Origin: Bacillales bacterium UBA6259
Lineage (GTDB): Bacteria > Bacillota > Bacilli > Tepidibacillales > Tepidibacillaceae
DNA: 64,000 bases
Direction of reading: 5' to 3'
Assembly: GCA_002441135.1 (NCBI GenBank)
Contig: DJVJ01000047.1
Location: forward strand, 49,078 to 113,077
Shown here: positions 44,601 to 53,397 of the stretch, one piece after another
How positions within the stretch are numbered: position 1 is the stretch's first letter
How the letters are laid out: each line of letters begins with the position of its first letter
The notes under the pieces: generated by a model
Seen by the model: the letters and a program-made list of their open reading frames with translations, nothing else
The model's database searches: none
What the model was told of the DNA's origin: nothing
Translations under genes and position numbers: made by a program

Positions 44601-45331
44601 ACCCACAAGCAGATAAAGTAGTTAAAAGTGCAGTAGGTACAATCGAGGTTAGAAACACTACACTAGATGTTGAGCCAGTAAAAGAAGTTCAAGATATTGT
44701 AGATTTATATAACGAAGAGGTTGCACCTATTTTCAGTGAGATTGTTGGAACAACAACGGTTGAATTAGTAAGAGATTATAATAATGAGTCCAACATGGGT
44801 AACTGGATGGCAGATGTAATGAAGGAAAAAGCAGGTACTCAAATTGCATTCCAAAATGCGGGGGGAATTAGAGCCGATATGGATGCAGGAGATATTACCT
44901 TGAAAGAAATCTTTACCGTAATGCCATTTGATAACACTATCGTAACTGCGGAAATGACAGGTGCACAGATTAAGGCGGTACTTGAGCAAAGTGTTACATT
45001 ATACAAAGGCATGATGCAGATTTCTGGGTTAAAGGTAAAATATGATTCTACATTACCAGAGAAAGAAAGAATTATTGAAATTGCTTTAGAAGATGGTACA
45101 GTAGTTGAAATGGATAAAACTTATACTGTAGCGACAAATGATTTCTTATCTGGTGGTCAGGATGGCTATACCACATTAGGAGAAGTGGAATGGACGAACA
45201 CCTATGATTTAGTTCGTGACGCATTAATCGAAAATGTAAAAGCATTAAAAGAAATCTCTCCTAAAGTAGAAGACAGAATGTTTGATGTTAGTAAAGCAGT
45301 ACAAGTGTATCGTTGGTTAAAAGCAGCTTAA
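41663..45331 (+). CDS. Two-module surface nucleotide phosphoesterase: CpdB-like 2',3'-cyclic-nucleotide phosphodiesterase/3'-nucleotidase module, internal SLH x3, and UshA-like 5'-nucleotidase module
   Basis: 1222 aa. Module 1 has TSDIHS, DNGDTIQGT and GNHEFN. SLH repeats lie at about nt 43320-43860. Module 2 has TNDFHG, DAGDRYQGT and GNHEFD, and is collinear with the upstream 682-aa gene product. Confidence 0.85.
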   Translation: MIRNLRGISLLLTISLILSLFVPYGAVSAEEGTTKTITILGTSDIHSYIYPWDYKLATGDDDAGLAKLYSVVKEVRAENPNTLLVDNGDTIQGTELSDVYKKDDTVTHPMMAVMNYMGYDAWTLGNHEFNYGLEVLNRLIKDAEFPVLGANIYNADGTNFVKPYIVKEVDGVKIGILGMVSPNIQRWDKDNVVGMEFNSLITEGKKWVKVLKEEEKVDLVFASIHAGLEGEYWTDGGDSIKAVAEQVDGIDAILAGHAHSDIEGELINGVLIAEPKAYGNRIAKFDFTFEMEDGKLVLADKKVENINTKSYDASSEVLELAKSYHEKTLEYVNTPIGEATADFVPAGQVPGIPVAQIQDTALVDLINEVQLETTGADVSLAALFISESNLKKGPLTIKDAAYIYKYDNTLFMTKVSGKELKGLMEWSASYFNTFKPGDVTISFNEKIRGYNYDMFAGVNYEIDITEEPGNRIKNLTFKGQPVTDDMELTLALNNYRYNGMSSEGLITGEKLFDSYEKYGDQGQIRNLIAKYIKEKGTISPEVDNNWKIVGANLEHWAKEDAYTLLEKEIIDIPVSEDGRTPNVKAINLDEKVTRGEFITALVKAMGLEVAEVKETKFNDVSEKLAPFVQAGLDAKITSGISENQFGTDKVITREEAVTLLLRALNLPFDQDLGEYAEFTDRDKVSTWAKNSLAKALQIELLKGTSNTTLTPKMELTRGQLVSFINRILAFKGLKQIDIYATNDFHGNLEAGYEGGIAKLAAVFNYYKQQNPEGTILLDAGDRYQGTPLSNLFFGEPVAEAFEKIGYDAVTVGNHEFDWGIEQLLNTRKEANVTFPLLAANIYDKATNKPVTWADPYTIIELDGVKVGIIGLATPETLESVKLDYIKDYDVKDPIEVANLLVPEVKKAGADVVVLLTHEPGYVKDGQITGALADLANEVEGIAGIIGGHSHKNAYGYVNGIPVAEAYYNGRMLSHITLFYNPQADKVVKSAVGTIEVRNTTLDVEPVKEVQDIVDLYNEEVAPIFSEIVGTTTVELVRDYNNESNMGNWMADVMKEKAGTQIAFQNAGGIRADMDAGDITLKEIFTVMPFDNTIVTAEMTGAQIKAVLEQSVTLYKGMMQISGLKVKYDSTLPEKERIIEIALEDGTVVEMDKTYTVATNDFLSGGQDGYTTLGEVEWTNTYDLVRDALIENVKALKEISPKVEDRMFDVSKAVQVYRWLKAA

Positions 45332-45390
45332 AAATATTTTTAAATAAATAGTTGCTTAAAACGATTTAACAAATAAAGTGAAATAAAAAA

Positions 45391-45424
45391 GGAGCGTAAC
45401 AGTAATTGTTATGCTCCTTTTTTG
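45391..45424. terminator. Bidirectional terminator between the nucleotidase and the convergent SDR gene
   Basis: GGAGCGTAAC ... GTTATGCTCC stem flanked by A6 and T6. Confidence 0.8.
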
Positions 45425-45442
45425 CATGTAATTGCACATATA

Positions 45443-46180
45443 TTAGCGTTGCGTTGCAGGTCTCACTAAGATTTCATTGATATCGACATGTTCAGGTTGT
45501 GTTGCTGCATAGATGACTGCGTTCGCAATATCCTTACTTTGAAGTGGAATAATCTTTTGTTGACTAAACATTGCAGTAACATCGGAATCTGTAATATGAT
45601 TTGTTAATTCAGTAGCCACAGCACCCGGTGAAATAATCGTCACACGAATATCTGGGGTTGCTTGAAGTTCAATTCTTAGACCTTCAGAGATAGCTCTTAC
45701 AGCATGCTTTGTTCCAGAATATACAGAGCTAGAAGGGAAAACACCATGTCCAGCATCAGATGAAATGTTGATAACATGGCCATTACCTTGCTTTTTAAAA
45801 GTCGGAAGTACTGCATGGATTCCATATAGAACTCCCTTTATATTAACATCAATCATTTGATCCCATTCATCAACTTTTCCTTTATCTAAAAAGGATAAAA
45901 GCATTACGCCAGCATTGTTAACAAGGATATCCACTCTGCCGAATTTTGTATTAACCTCATCAACCATCTGAAGAACCTGCTCTTTTTTGGTAATATCGGT
46001 TTGAATAGCGATTGCTTTTCCACCTTGTGTATTGATCTGATTCATTATTTCGTTAATTCGATCTAGTCTTCTTGCGGTAAGGACTACTGTTGCTCCTTGT
46101 TCTGCAAGAGCAATTGCTGTTGCTTCACCAATTCCACTGCTTGCCCCTGTTACAATTGCTACTTTCTCATGTAATCTCAT
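45443..46180 (-). CDS. SDR-family short-chain dehydrogenase/reductase
   Basis: TGASSGIG cofactor motif, NNAG, and the catalytic YSGTKHA. Confidence 0.9.
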   Translation of the reverse strand: MRLHEKVAIVTGASSGIGEATAIALAEQGATVVLTARRLDRINEIMNQINTQGGKAIAIQTDITKKEQVLQMVDEVNTKFGRVDILVNNAGVMLLSFLDKGKVDEWDQMIDVNIKGVLYGIHAVLPTFKKQGNGHVINISSDAGHGVFPSSSVYSGTKHAVRAISEGLRIELQATPDIRVTIISPGAVATELTNHITDSDVTAMFSQQKIIPLQSKDIANAVIYAATQPEHVDINEILVRPATQR

Positions 46181-46316
46181 TACGATACCTCCTATACTTC
46201 CTATTAGTCATTATTAAAGCCTCATAAATTGTATTATATTCCAATCAAAGAATATTAAACAAAGAGAAAGTTTTGTGTGTTAATTGTGAAAAATAAAATT
46301 TTAATAAATTTACATA

Positions 46317-46345
46317 TTGACGCGTTAAAGGATTAATGATAAATT
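46317..46345 (+). promoter_or_regulatory. Putative sigma-A promoter for the T-box leader
   Basis: TTGACG, 17-nt spacer, TAAATT, with TG two nt upstream of the -10 element. Confidence 0.5.
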
Positions 46346-46372
46346 CTTAATTAAAATTAAACAACCAAAATA

Positions 46373-46630
46373 ACAACGAAGAAGGAAAGCTTTTAATTTG
46401 AGGACTAAAGAGAGCTAGTGGCTGGTGAGAACTAGTGGATTCGAATTAAAAGTAGCGTTCCGGAGTTGGCAAACTGAAAGAAAAGTAGGTTTGAACGGTA
46501 AACACCGTTATCATGCTAGAGGTCACTATTGTGAAATAGTGATAAATTAGGGTGGTACCACGAGAGTTTTAACAACCTTTCGTCCCTATACTGTTTTTAT
46601 AAAACAAGTATGGGGGTGAAAGGTTTTTTT
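46373..46630 (+). promoter_or_regulatory. T-box leader (tRNA-sensing riboswitch), probable Ser (AGC) specifier, with terminator
   Basis: Stem I has a K-turn (CAAC GAAGAA GGAA / TTCC GGA GTTG), an AG bulge AGAGAG and a distal loop GGCTGGTGAGA. T-box sequence AAATTAGGGTGGTACCACGAG at 46544-46564. Terminator stem 46576-46623 plus T7. Confidence 0.85.
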
Positions 46631-46698
46631 ATTTATCCGAATAGGAAAGAGATCAACAAAATTAATTATAAAAATTAAAGATAAAGGGAGTGGAAGTA

Positions 46699-47865
46699 AT
46701 GTTTAATGAGTACCAGCATTTAAGAATACCAGGCCCAACTCCAATAGCACCAGAAGTACAACGAGCAATGAATCGGACAATTTTGGGACATCGTAGTGGC
46801 GAGTTCTCCAAGGTTTTTAAAGAAGCGGCAACTAGAAGTAAGAGGATTTTTCAAACTGAACAAGACGTCATGATTGTAGCTGCTAGTGGAACAGGGGCTC
46901 TTGAGATGGCGGTAGCTAATGTGGTAAATCCAGGGGATAAAGTATTAGTTGCGGTAACAGGGGTATTTGGGGAACGCTTTGTGAAAATTGCTAAAGCTTA
47001 TCAAGCAGAGGTTGTGGTAGCTAATTTTGAGGTTGGTGAAGTTGCAGATCCGTTGGTGATTAAAGAAAAGCTTGACCAACACCCAAACATCAGCGCGGTA
47101 TTTGTTACTCACTGTGAAACATCCACTGGAGTTGCTAATCCAATTAAAGAAATTGCGGCAGTAGTTAAGGAGTCAGAAGCAGTCTTTGTTGTTGATAGTG
47201 TCTCAGCACTAGTGGGGATGGATTTAAAAATGGATCAATGGGGAGTGGATATCGCAGTTACTGCGTCACATAAAGCTTTAGGCTTACCTCCTGGATTAGC
47301 GTTAATTGCGGTTAGTGAGAAGGCATGGAAAAAGGTAAATGATCATCATGGTCCTAAGTTTTACTGGGATTTACGTGCATATAAGAAAAATTTGGATAAT
47401 AATACTACCCCATTTACTGGACCAGTTTCTCTTGTATTTGGCTTAGAAGAATCTCTTCGCTTAATTGAAGAAGAGGGCTTAGAAAATAGCTTTAAGCGTC
47501 ACTATTTATTAAGAGATATGGTGAGATCTGCTGTTAAGGGGCTTGGCCTAGAACTTTTAGTGGAAGATGATCAGAAGGCTTCTTGTACAGTAACATCGAT
47601 CAAAGGAAACGACCAGCTTGATGTAGAGAAGCTTAGAAAGGTATTAAAAGAAGATTATAAAATTGTAGCAGCTGGTGGACAGCAGGACTTAAAAGGAAAG
47701 ATTTTTAGAATTGGCCACATGGGTTATACCCATCCAATGGATATGCTTACGACCATTGCGGGTTTAGAGTTAGCATTAAAACAGGTTGGTTATCCAGTAG
47801 AGCTAGGTAGAGGAGTAAAAGGAGCAGAGGAGGTATGGGCAAATGCAAAAGGTATTAGTCAGTGA
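46699..47865 (+). CDS. Class V aminotransferase (AGXT/serine-pyruvate type), likely acting as phosphoserine aminotransferase here
   Basis: IPGPTP N-terminus and PLP-lysine context ASHKALG. Sits between a T-box and serA, overlapping serA by 23 nt. Confidence 0.75.
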   Translation: MFNEYQHLRIPGPTPIAPEVQRAMNRTILGHRSGEFSKVFKEAATRSKRIFQTEQDVMIVAASGTGALEMAVANVVNPGDKVLVAVTGVFGERFVKIAKAYQAEVVVANFEVGEVADPLVIKEKLDQHPNISAVFVTHCETSTGVANPIKEIAAVVKESEAVFVVDSVSALVGMDLKMDQWGVDIAVTASHKALGLPPGLALIAVSEKAWKKVNDHHGPKFYWDLRAYKKNLDNNTTPFTGPVSLVFGLEESLRLIEEEGLENSFKRHYLLRDMVRSAVKGLGLELLVEDDQKASCTVTSIKGNDQLDVEKLRKVLKEDYKIVAAGGQQDLKGKIFRIGHMGYTHPMDMLTTIAGLELALKQVGYPVELGRGVKGAEEVWANAKGISQ

Positions 47866-49435
47866 TCCCATTTCAGAGATAGGATTACAAAAGCTATTAG
47901 AGGATGAAAACATTCAAGTGGATGTGAAAACCGATCTAAGCAAAGAAGAGCTAATTAAAATCATTGGTGATTATGATGGATTATTAGTTCGTAGTCAAAC
48001 AAAGGTGACCAAAGATATCTTAGAATCTGCAAAAAAACTTCGAGTTATCGGCAGAGCGGGTGTTGGTGTAGATAATATTGATGTGAAGGCAGCGACAGAG
48101 GAAGGCATAGTGGTTATCAATGCACCAGATGGTAATACCATCTCTACTGCGGAGCATAGCTTTGCGATGCTGATGGCCATGGCCAGATGGATTCCGCAAG
48201 CCCATCAGGATTTAAAGGAAGGAATATGGAATCGGAAAAAATACGTTGGGGTAGAGCTCAATCGAAAAACATTAGGAATAATTGGAATGGGCAGGATTGG
48301 CTCAGAGATTGCGATGAGAGCCAAAGCCTTTAATATGAGGGTGCTTGGTTATGACCCTTACCTTACAGAGGATCGAGCAAAGCAATTGGGAATCACCAAT
48401 ACTACAATAGAAGAGTTAGTGAAAGAGGCCGATTTTATTACGGTACATACACCGTTAACAAAGGAAACGAGATATTTGATTGATACCAATGAATTTACAC
48501 TGATGAAAAAGGGAGTTCGAATTGTCAACTGTGCTCGTGGAGGAATTATTAAGGAAACCGCCTTGGTAGAGGCTTTAAATAATGGCACAGTAGCAGCCGC
48601 TGCATTAGATGTTTATGAAGAAGAGCCACCAATGGAAAGCCCACTACGTTCTCATCCTTTAGTGGTAACTACACCACATTTGGGAGCATCTACTGAAGAA
48701 GCTCAGCTTAATGTTGCGATTGATGTTGCAGAAGAAGTTCATCGTTTACTCCATGATGAACCATTTAGAAATGCAGTTAATATGCCTTCGTTATCTCAAG
48801 AAATCCTAAACCATGTTCGACCATTTGTTAATCTTGCAGAACGAATTGGAACACTAATCTCTAATGTTATTTTAGGACCGATTGAAAAAGTAGAGGTTAG
48901 CATTGCTGGGGACTTAGCAGAAAAAGAAATTGATATTTTATCCCGTACGGTTTTAAAAGGGATATTGTCACAGCATCTTGGTAGCGTTGGTCAAGTCAAT
49001 GATGTTAATGCTCCTGTTTTAGCAAAATCAAGAGGGATTGATGTAGTAGAAAGCAGAAGCTCAAAATCTCATGGCTTTACCAATTTGATTACAGTTAAAG
49101 TAAAAACCAATCAGGATGAAAAGTATATCTCTGGTACTGTACTCAATGGTCATGGCGCTAGAATGGTGAATTTTAATGGCTTTACCGTTGATTTGATTCC
49201 AGAAGGAAATATTATTATTATGGATCATATTGATCAACCAGGTATTATCGGTAAGTTTGGAACGATTCTTGGCAATGCCGGAATTAATATCGCTACAATG
49301 CAAGTGGGTAGAAATGAAGTGGGCGGAAAAGCAATTGCTTTCTTAGGAATTGATTATCCAGCAAAAGAGGAAGTTATTGAGGATCTAAAAGAAGTAGATG
49401 GTATTCAAAATATCTTCCAAGTGAATTTGTCTTAG
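47843..49435 (+). CDS. serA: D-3-phosphoglycerate dehydrogenase (long form with ASB and ACT domains)
   Basis: 530 aa. NAD motif GIIGMGRIGSE and catalytic region NCARGG ... TPHLGAST. C-terminal ACT-like region IMDHIDQPGIIGKFGTILG. Confidence 0.9.
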   Translation: MQKVLVSDPISEIGLQKLLEDENIQVDVKTDLSKEELIKIIGDYDGLLVRSQTKVTKDILESAKKLRVIGRAGVGVDNIDVKAATEEGIVVINAPDGNTISTAEHSFAMLMAMARWIPQAHQDLKEGIWNRKKYVGVELNRKTLGIIGMGRIGSEIAMRAKAFNMRVLGYDPYLTEDRAKQLGITNTTIEELVKEADFITVHTPLTKETRYLIDTNEFTLMKKGVRIVNCARGGIIKETALVEALNNGTVAAAALDVYEEEPPMESPLRSHPLVVTTPHLGASTEEAQLNVAIDVAEEVHRLLHDEPFRNAVNMPSLSQEILNHVRPFVNLAERIGTLISNVILGPIEKVEVSIAGDLAEKEIDILSRTVLKGILSQHLGSVGQVNDVNAPVLAKSRGIDVVESRSSKSHGFTNLITVKVKTNQDEKYISGTVLNGHGARMVNFNGFTVDLIPEGNIIIMDHIDQPGIIGKFGTILGNAGINIATMQVGRNEVGGKAIAFLGIDYPAKEEVIEDLKEVDGIQNIFQVNLS

Positions 49436-49567
49436 TAGACTAAACATGATTAGTGGTGTAGGAAGAAATAAAAAAGAGAAGGTATAAGAGAGTCAGTAAA
49501 ATTAAGGGTCTGCAGTACGAATAAATTTTCGTCTGCAGGCCATTCACTTTTTAAAAATTGATGAAAA

Positions 49568-50386
49568 TTATCCAAGCTCTACTATGGTCGGTTTTCTTTG
49601 ATTAAAGGTTACAATTTGCTTTATTCCATACTGTTCCATATATTTAAGCCCTTGATTAAAATCTTCACCTACATGTTCTGGACGATGAGCATCCGAGTTA
49701 AGTAGAAGTGGAATTTTCTTTGTTGCTAATCGCTCCATAATTGGAGGAGAAGGGTATAATTCACCAACTGGTTTTCGCAAACCAGCGGTACTTATCTCAA
49801 CCGCAATGTTACTATGCGCTATTTTTTCCACTATATAATCATAAATTTCATGCAGCTTTGTTTCGTCTTGTTGCTCTGGTCGATGGCCAAAAACCTTAAT
49901 CACATCTACATGTCCTAAAATATCGAATAGCTTGGAATCCAGCATTTCCTTAATAATTTGGAAGTATGTTTCATAGACATTTAGAATATTTTTCCCAGTC
50001 CATTGTTCTCTCATTTCAAAGAGATCAAAGCCCCAATTATTAATCCAATGAACCGAGCCAATCACGTAATCGAAAGGATAATTAGTTAGTATCCTTTCGA
50101 TTTCTCGTTCTTTACCCGGTAAATAGTCCATTTCGATGCCTAGCTTTACTGGAAAGCCCTCTTGTTTTGCTTTTTCGACTAATTGTACATATTGGTCCAT
50201 GTCTTCTGTTTGTCTTGTTGCGATCCATGGATTATATAATATCTCTTTTGATTGTCGAAAACGATATCCGTGCTCTGAAAAGCCAAGCTCACTTATTCCT
50301 CTTTGCTTTGCCACTTCTAGATATTGTTTTACCCATTCCAAGGTATAAGGTCCAGATTCTAAATGAACATGATAATCTGTTAACAT
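49568..50386 (-). CDS. HisJ-family histidinol-phosphatase (PHP domain)
   Basis: DYHVH start motif, FSEHG, GSVHW, GHVD and NSDAH metal-ligand motifs of PHP phosphoesterases. Confidence 0.8.
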   Translation of the reverse strand: MLTDYHVHLESGPYTLEWVKQYLEVAKQRGISELGFSEHGYRFRQSKEILYNPWIATRQTEDMDQYVQLVEKAKQEGFPVKLGIEMDYLPGKEREIERILTNYPFDYVIGSVHWINNWGFDLFEMREQWTGKNILNVYETYFQIIKEMLDSKLFDILGHVDVIKVFGHRPEQQDETKLHEIYDYIVEKIAHSNIAVEISTAGLRKPVGELYPSPPIMERLATKKIPLLLNSDAHRPEHVGEDFNQGLKYMEQYGIKQIVTFNQRKPTIVELG

Positions 50387-50570
50387 ATGAACGTCTCCCT
50401 TTATCCATCAATAATTATCCTTTATTATATCAAAGTGTTAAAGGAACTACACCAAGAAGAAATATTTTTAAAGGATAATTTTGAATAAAATGGATGGACA
50501 GCGTACACAATATACTAGATTATCCCATTTTGGTCCATCCATTAAAAATATTATTTTCAGGAGATTATGT

Positions 50571-52061
50571 ATGAAAAAAGTAATTATGATTTTAATTGAT
50601 GCGATAATGCCAGATGCATTAGAAAATAGTATCAAGGCGGGAAAAGCAAAAGCATTAAAATTTTTAATGGAGAATGGTTACTATGATTCCAAATTAGTGA
50701 CAGCTTTTCCGACAATGACGGCCTCTGTCGATTGTACTTTAATGACTGGGGTTTATCCTGATCAACATAAGGTTCCCGGATTAATTTGGTACCATCCAGA
50801 GGAAAAAAGAATTGTAGATTATGTCAATGGTTCAAAAACGACGTTAAGCTTAGGGATTAAAAACACAGCAAATGATGTTTTAGTAGAATTAAATGAAAAG
50901 CATCTAAACAAGGAAACGAAAACAATTTACGAGGAATTAGCAGAGCAAGGGAAAACTGCTGGGGCAATTAACTTCATAATTCATCGAGGATTTCAAAAAT
51001 ATGAGCTAAAACCACCTTTTTTATTTAATTTAATCACTAGGTTTAAACTGAACAAAAGGTCAATTAGTGGTCCAGAGTTGTTATCCATAGGAGCTTTTGT
51101 TAAGCCCAGCTTACCAGGTCGAAAATTAGTTTGGAATTGGAACCAGTCACTGTTTAATAAATATGGCATTAATGATCGCTATGCGATTGAGGTTACCAAA
51201 TATATTATTGAAGCAGGGAGACAGCCAGATTTTCTGATGATTTATTTACCAAATCATGACCATTATCTCCATAAGCATATTAACCATCCATTGGAAAGCA
51301 TCAAAAAGGTAGATCAAAATCTAGAAAAAATATTAGATACCTTTGGGGATTGGAATAAGGCAATCGAACAGAATACTTTTATTATACTAGGGGATCATGG
51401 CCAAACAGAGATAGGAAAAGAACAGAATCACAATATTGATTTGGACTATTTATTAAGAGATTATCAAATTCCTCCTATTGGTCAAAGGGTAAAAGAAGAG
51501 CATGAAGCAATATTTGCTAATAATGAGCGGATGGTCTATATTTATCCACTAAAAAAGGATATTCAGAAAAGATTAGTGAATACCTTATTAGCGGAAGAAA
51601 ATATTGATTTTATTGCTTGGAAGGAAAACAAAACTGTAAAAGTTGCCAATGCTAATGGTGCTGAATTAACCTTTTCCAAGGGGAAAGAATCTTACTATAT
51701 CGATCCTTATCATCAAAAGTGGGATGTTGAAGGAGATTTAACAATATTAGATATAACCCTAGAAAAAAATCAGCTTCATTTTGGACAATTTCCTGATGCC
51801 TTATCTAGGTTATATGGCGCTCTTTATTCGCAAAATATACCGGTGATTGTCGCAAATGCAAAGCCACACTTTGAATTTATATCTAAAACCTTCCCTACCC
51901 ATTTAGGGGGGGGGAGTCATGGTTCATTAAATTATACAGATTCCATTGTACCATTACTGGTGGCAGGTGCAGAAAAAAATCCACCGACACCAATGAGAGT
52001 AGTGGATTTGAAAAATTATGTTCTTCAATTGTTAAATTCAACTTCCACTTCTATAGGATAA
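50571..52061 (+). CDS. Alkaline-phosphatase-superfamily type I phosphodiesterase / nucleotide pyrophosphatase-like protein
   Basis: IDAIMPD ... FPTMTASVDCTLMTGVYPDQHKVPG (nucleophile Thr context) and GDHGQ, GGGSHGS motifs. CAGGAG RBS before ATG 50571; the track start at 50481 is unlikely. Confidence 0.75.
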   Translation: MKKVIMILIDAIMPDALENSIKAGKAKALKFLMENGYYDSKLVTAFPTMTASVDCTLMTGVYPDQHKVPGLIWYHPEEKRIVDYVNGSKTTLSLGIKNTANDVLVELNEKHLNKETKTIYEELAEQGKTAGAINFIIHRGFQKYELKPPFLFNLITRFKLNKRSISGPELLSIGAFVKPSLPGRKLVWNWNQSLFNKYGINDRYAIEVTKYIIEAGRQPDFLMIYLPNHDHYLHKHINHPLESIKKVDQNLEKILDTFGDWNKAIEQNTFIILGDHGQTEIGKEQNHNIDLDYLLRDYQIPPIGQRVKEEHEAIFANNERMVYIYPLKKDIQKRLVNTLLAEENIDFIAWKENKTVKVANANGAELTFSKGKESYYIDPYHQKWDVEGDLTILDITLEKNQLHFGQFPDALSRLYGALYSQNIPVIVANAKPHFEFISKTFPTHLGGGSHGSLNYTDSIVPLLVAGAEKNPPTPMRVVDLKNYVLQLLNSTSTSIG

Positions 52062-52687
52062 TGATCAGACATATTTACTGGAATCACCCGGTAACTGGTT
52101 ACTTTAAACTCTTTGGACACAAAGATATAGTCAATTCGTTTTTTGGAGAGCATTAGTGTAGACTGGTGCTCTTTGCTCATTTCTTTTGCTGTATCGATAA
52201 GAGGGATATCTGTAAATAGAGGTTGAGTAGTATTAAAATCACCTAACAGGATATAGGGTGAAGTTAATTGTTTTAGATAATTTTCGATGTATTGAAATTG
52301 TTCTTGACGGTCTTCTTTAGCTAAACCAAGATGAGTATTAAGAATATGAACTTTTCTTTGGCGATATTCAACTATGGTATCTAGTAATCCTCGCTGTTCT
52401 TTTTTACTTGGCAGAAGAATGTGATTTCGTTCTAGTATAGGTAGACTCGTATAGGAGGCTATACCATAGTGACCATTCCCAAAGGATAAATTAGGGCCAA
52501 AATGATAATCCATGTCAAGCTGAATACTTAATGAAGTAGCTTGTTTTCCACGCTTGTTATTTTCATTAATCTCTTGCACACCAATAACTGTGGCATTTTC
52601 CATATTTAAAAATCGAATAATTCGATATAATTGAGGTACAAACCAAGAATTTTTGCCACTGTGAATATTGTAGCTTATTATTTTCAT
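52025..52687 (-). CDS. Endonuclease/exonuclease/phosphatase (EEP) family protein
   Basis: KIISYNIH ... VIGVQEI N-terminal motif, GDFN, and C-terminal SDHYPI. Confidence 0.8.
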   Translation of the reverse strand: MKIISYNIHSGKNSWFVPQLYRIIRFLNMENATVIGVQEINENNKRGKQATSLSIQLDMDYHFGPNLSFGNGHYGIASYTSLPILERNHILLPSKKEQRGLLDTIVEYRQRKVHILNTHLGLAKEDRQEQFQYIENYLKQLTSPYILLGDFNTTQPLFTDIPLIDTAKEMSKEHQSTLMLSKKRIDYIFVSKEFKVTSYRVIPVNMSDHYPIEVEVEFNN

Positions 52688-52767
52688 AATACACTCTCCA
52701 TTTCACTATCTTACTAAATAGATTATGAAAGTAAGATTTTATTATACGAAAAAAATAAAATGATTGG

Positions 52768-53367
52768 GTGATGGATTTGAGCCTCTTTACTAAATTATAT
52801 GATCCGGTAATGGAACCGTTAGAAAAAATATATTTAAGTAAAATACGAAATGAGTTAATCAAAGAGGTAGAGGGAAAGGTTTTAGAAATAGGTATTGGAA
52901 CAGGAGCTAATTTTTCTCATTATCCAACGGACATTGAATTGTATGGGATTGAGCCAAGTAAAGAAATGATGGAAAAGGCATATGCTAAACTAAGCGGTTT
53001 TTCTCAATCAGTAGAAATTACTCAGGGAGTAGCAGAGGAGCTTCCATACCCAGACCAATTTTTTGATACTGTAATATCTACCTTAGTGCTTTGCTCTGTG
53101 CAAAATTTAGAAGCCTCATTACTTGAAATTGCTCGTGTATTAAAGCCAGATGGAAAATTCATCTTATTTGAGCATATACGTTTAGATGATCCAAGATGGA
53201 TTGGATGGATACAGGATGTTTTAACCCCATCCTGGAGCTATTTTTGTGATGGCTGCCAATTAAATCGTGATACATTGAAGGTGGCTGAGCGTTATTTTGT
53301 TTTTGAGCAAAAAGAAGAGTATTTTAATCAAGTCTTTATCAGTGCCATTGGAAAGAAGAAAATTTAA
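52768..53367 (+). CDS. Class I SAM-dependent methyltransferase
   Basis: Motif I VLEIGIGTGAN and the post-I/II region. Start ambiguous (GTG 52768 or ATG 52771). Confidence 0.8.
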   Translation: MMDLSLFTKLYDPVMEPLEKIYLSKIRNELIKEVEGKVLEIGIGTGANFSHYPTDIELYGIEPSKEMMEKAYAKLSGFSQSVEITQGVAEELPYPDQFFDTVISTLVLCSVQNLEASLLEIARVLKPDGKFILFEHIRLDDPRWIGWIQDVLTPSWSYFCDGCQLNRDTLKVAERYFVFEQKEEYFNQVFISAIGKKKI

Positions 53368-53397
53368 AAGAAAAAATAGAGGGGGAAGGGTGGTAAG

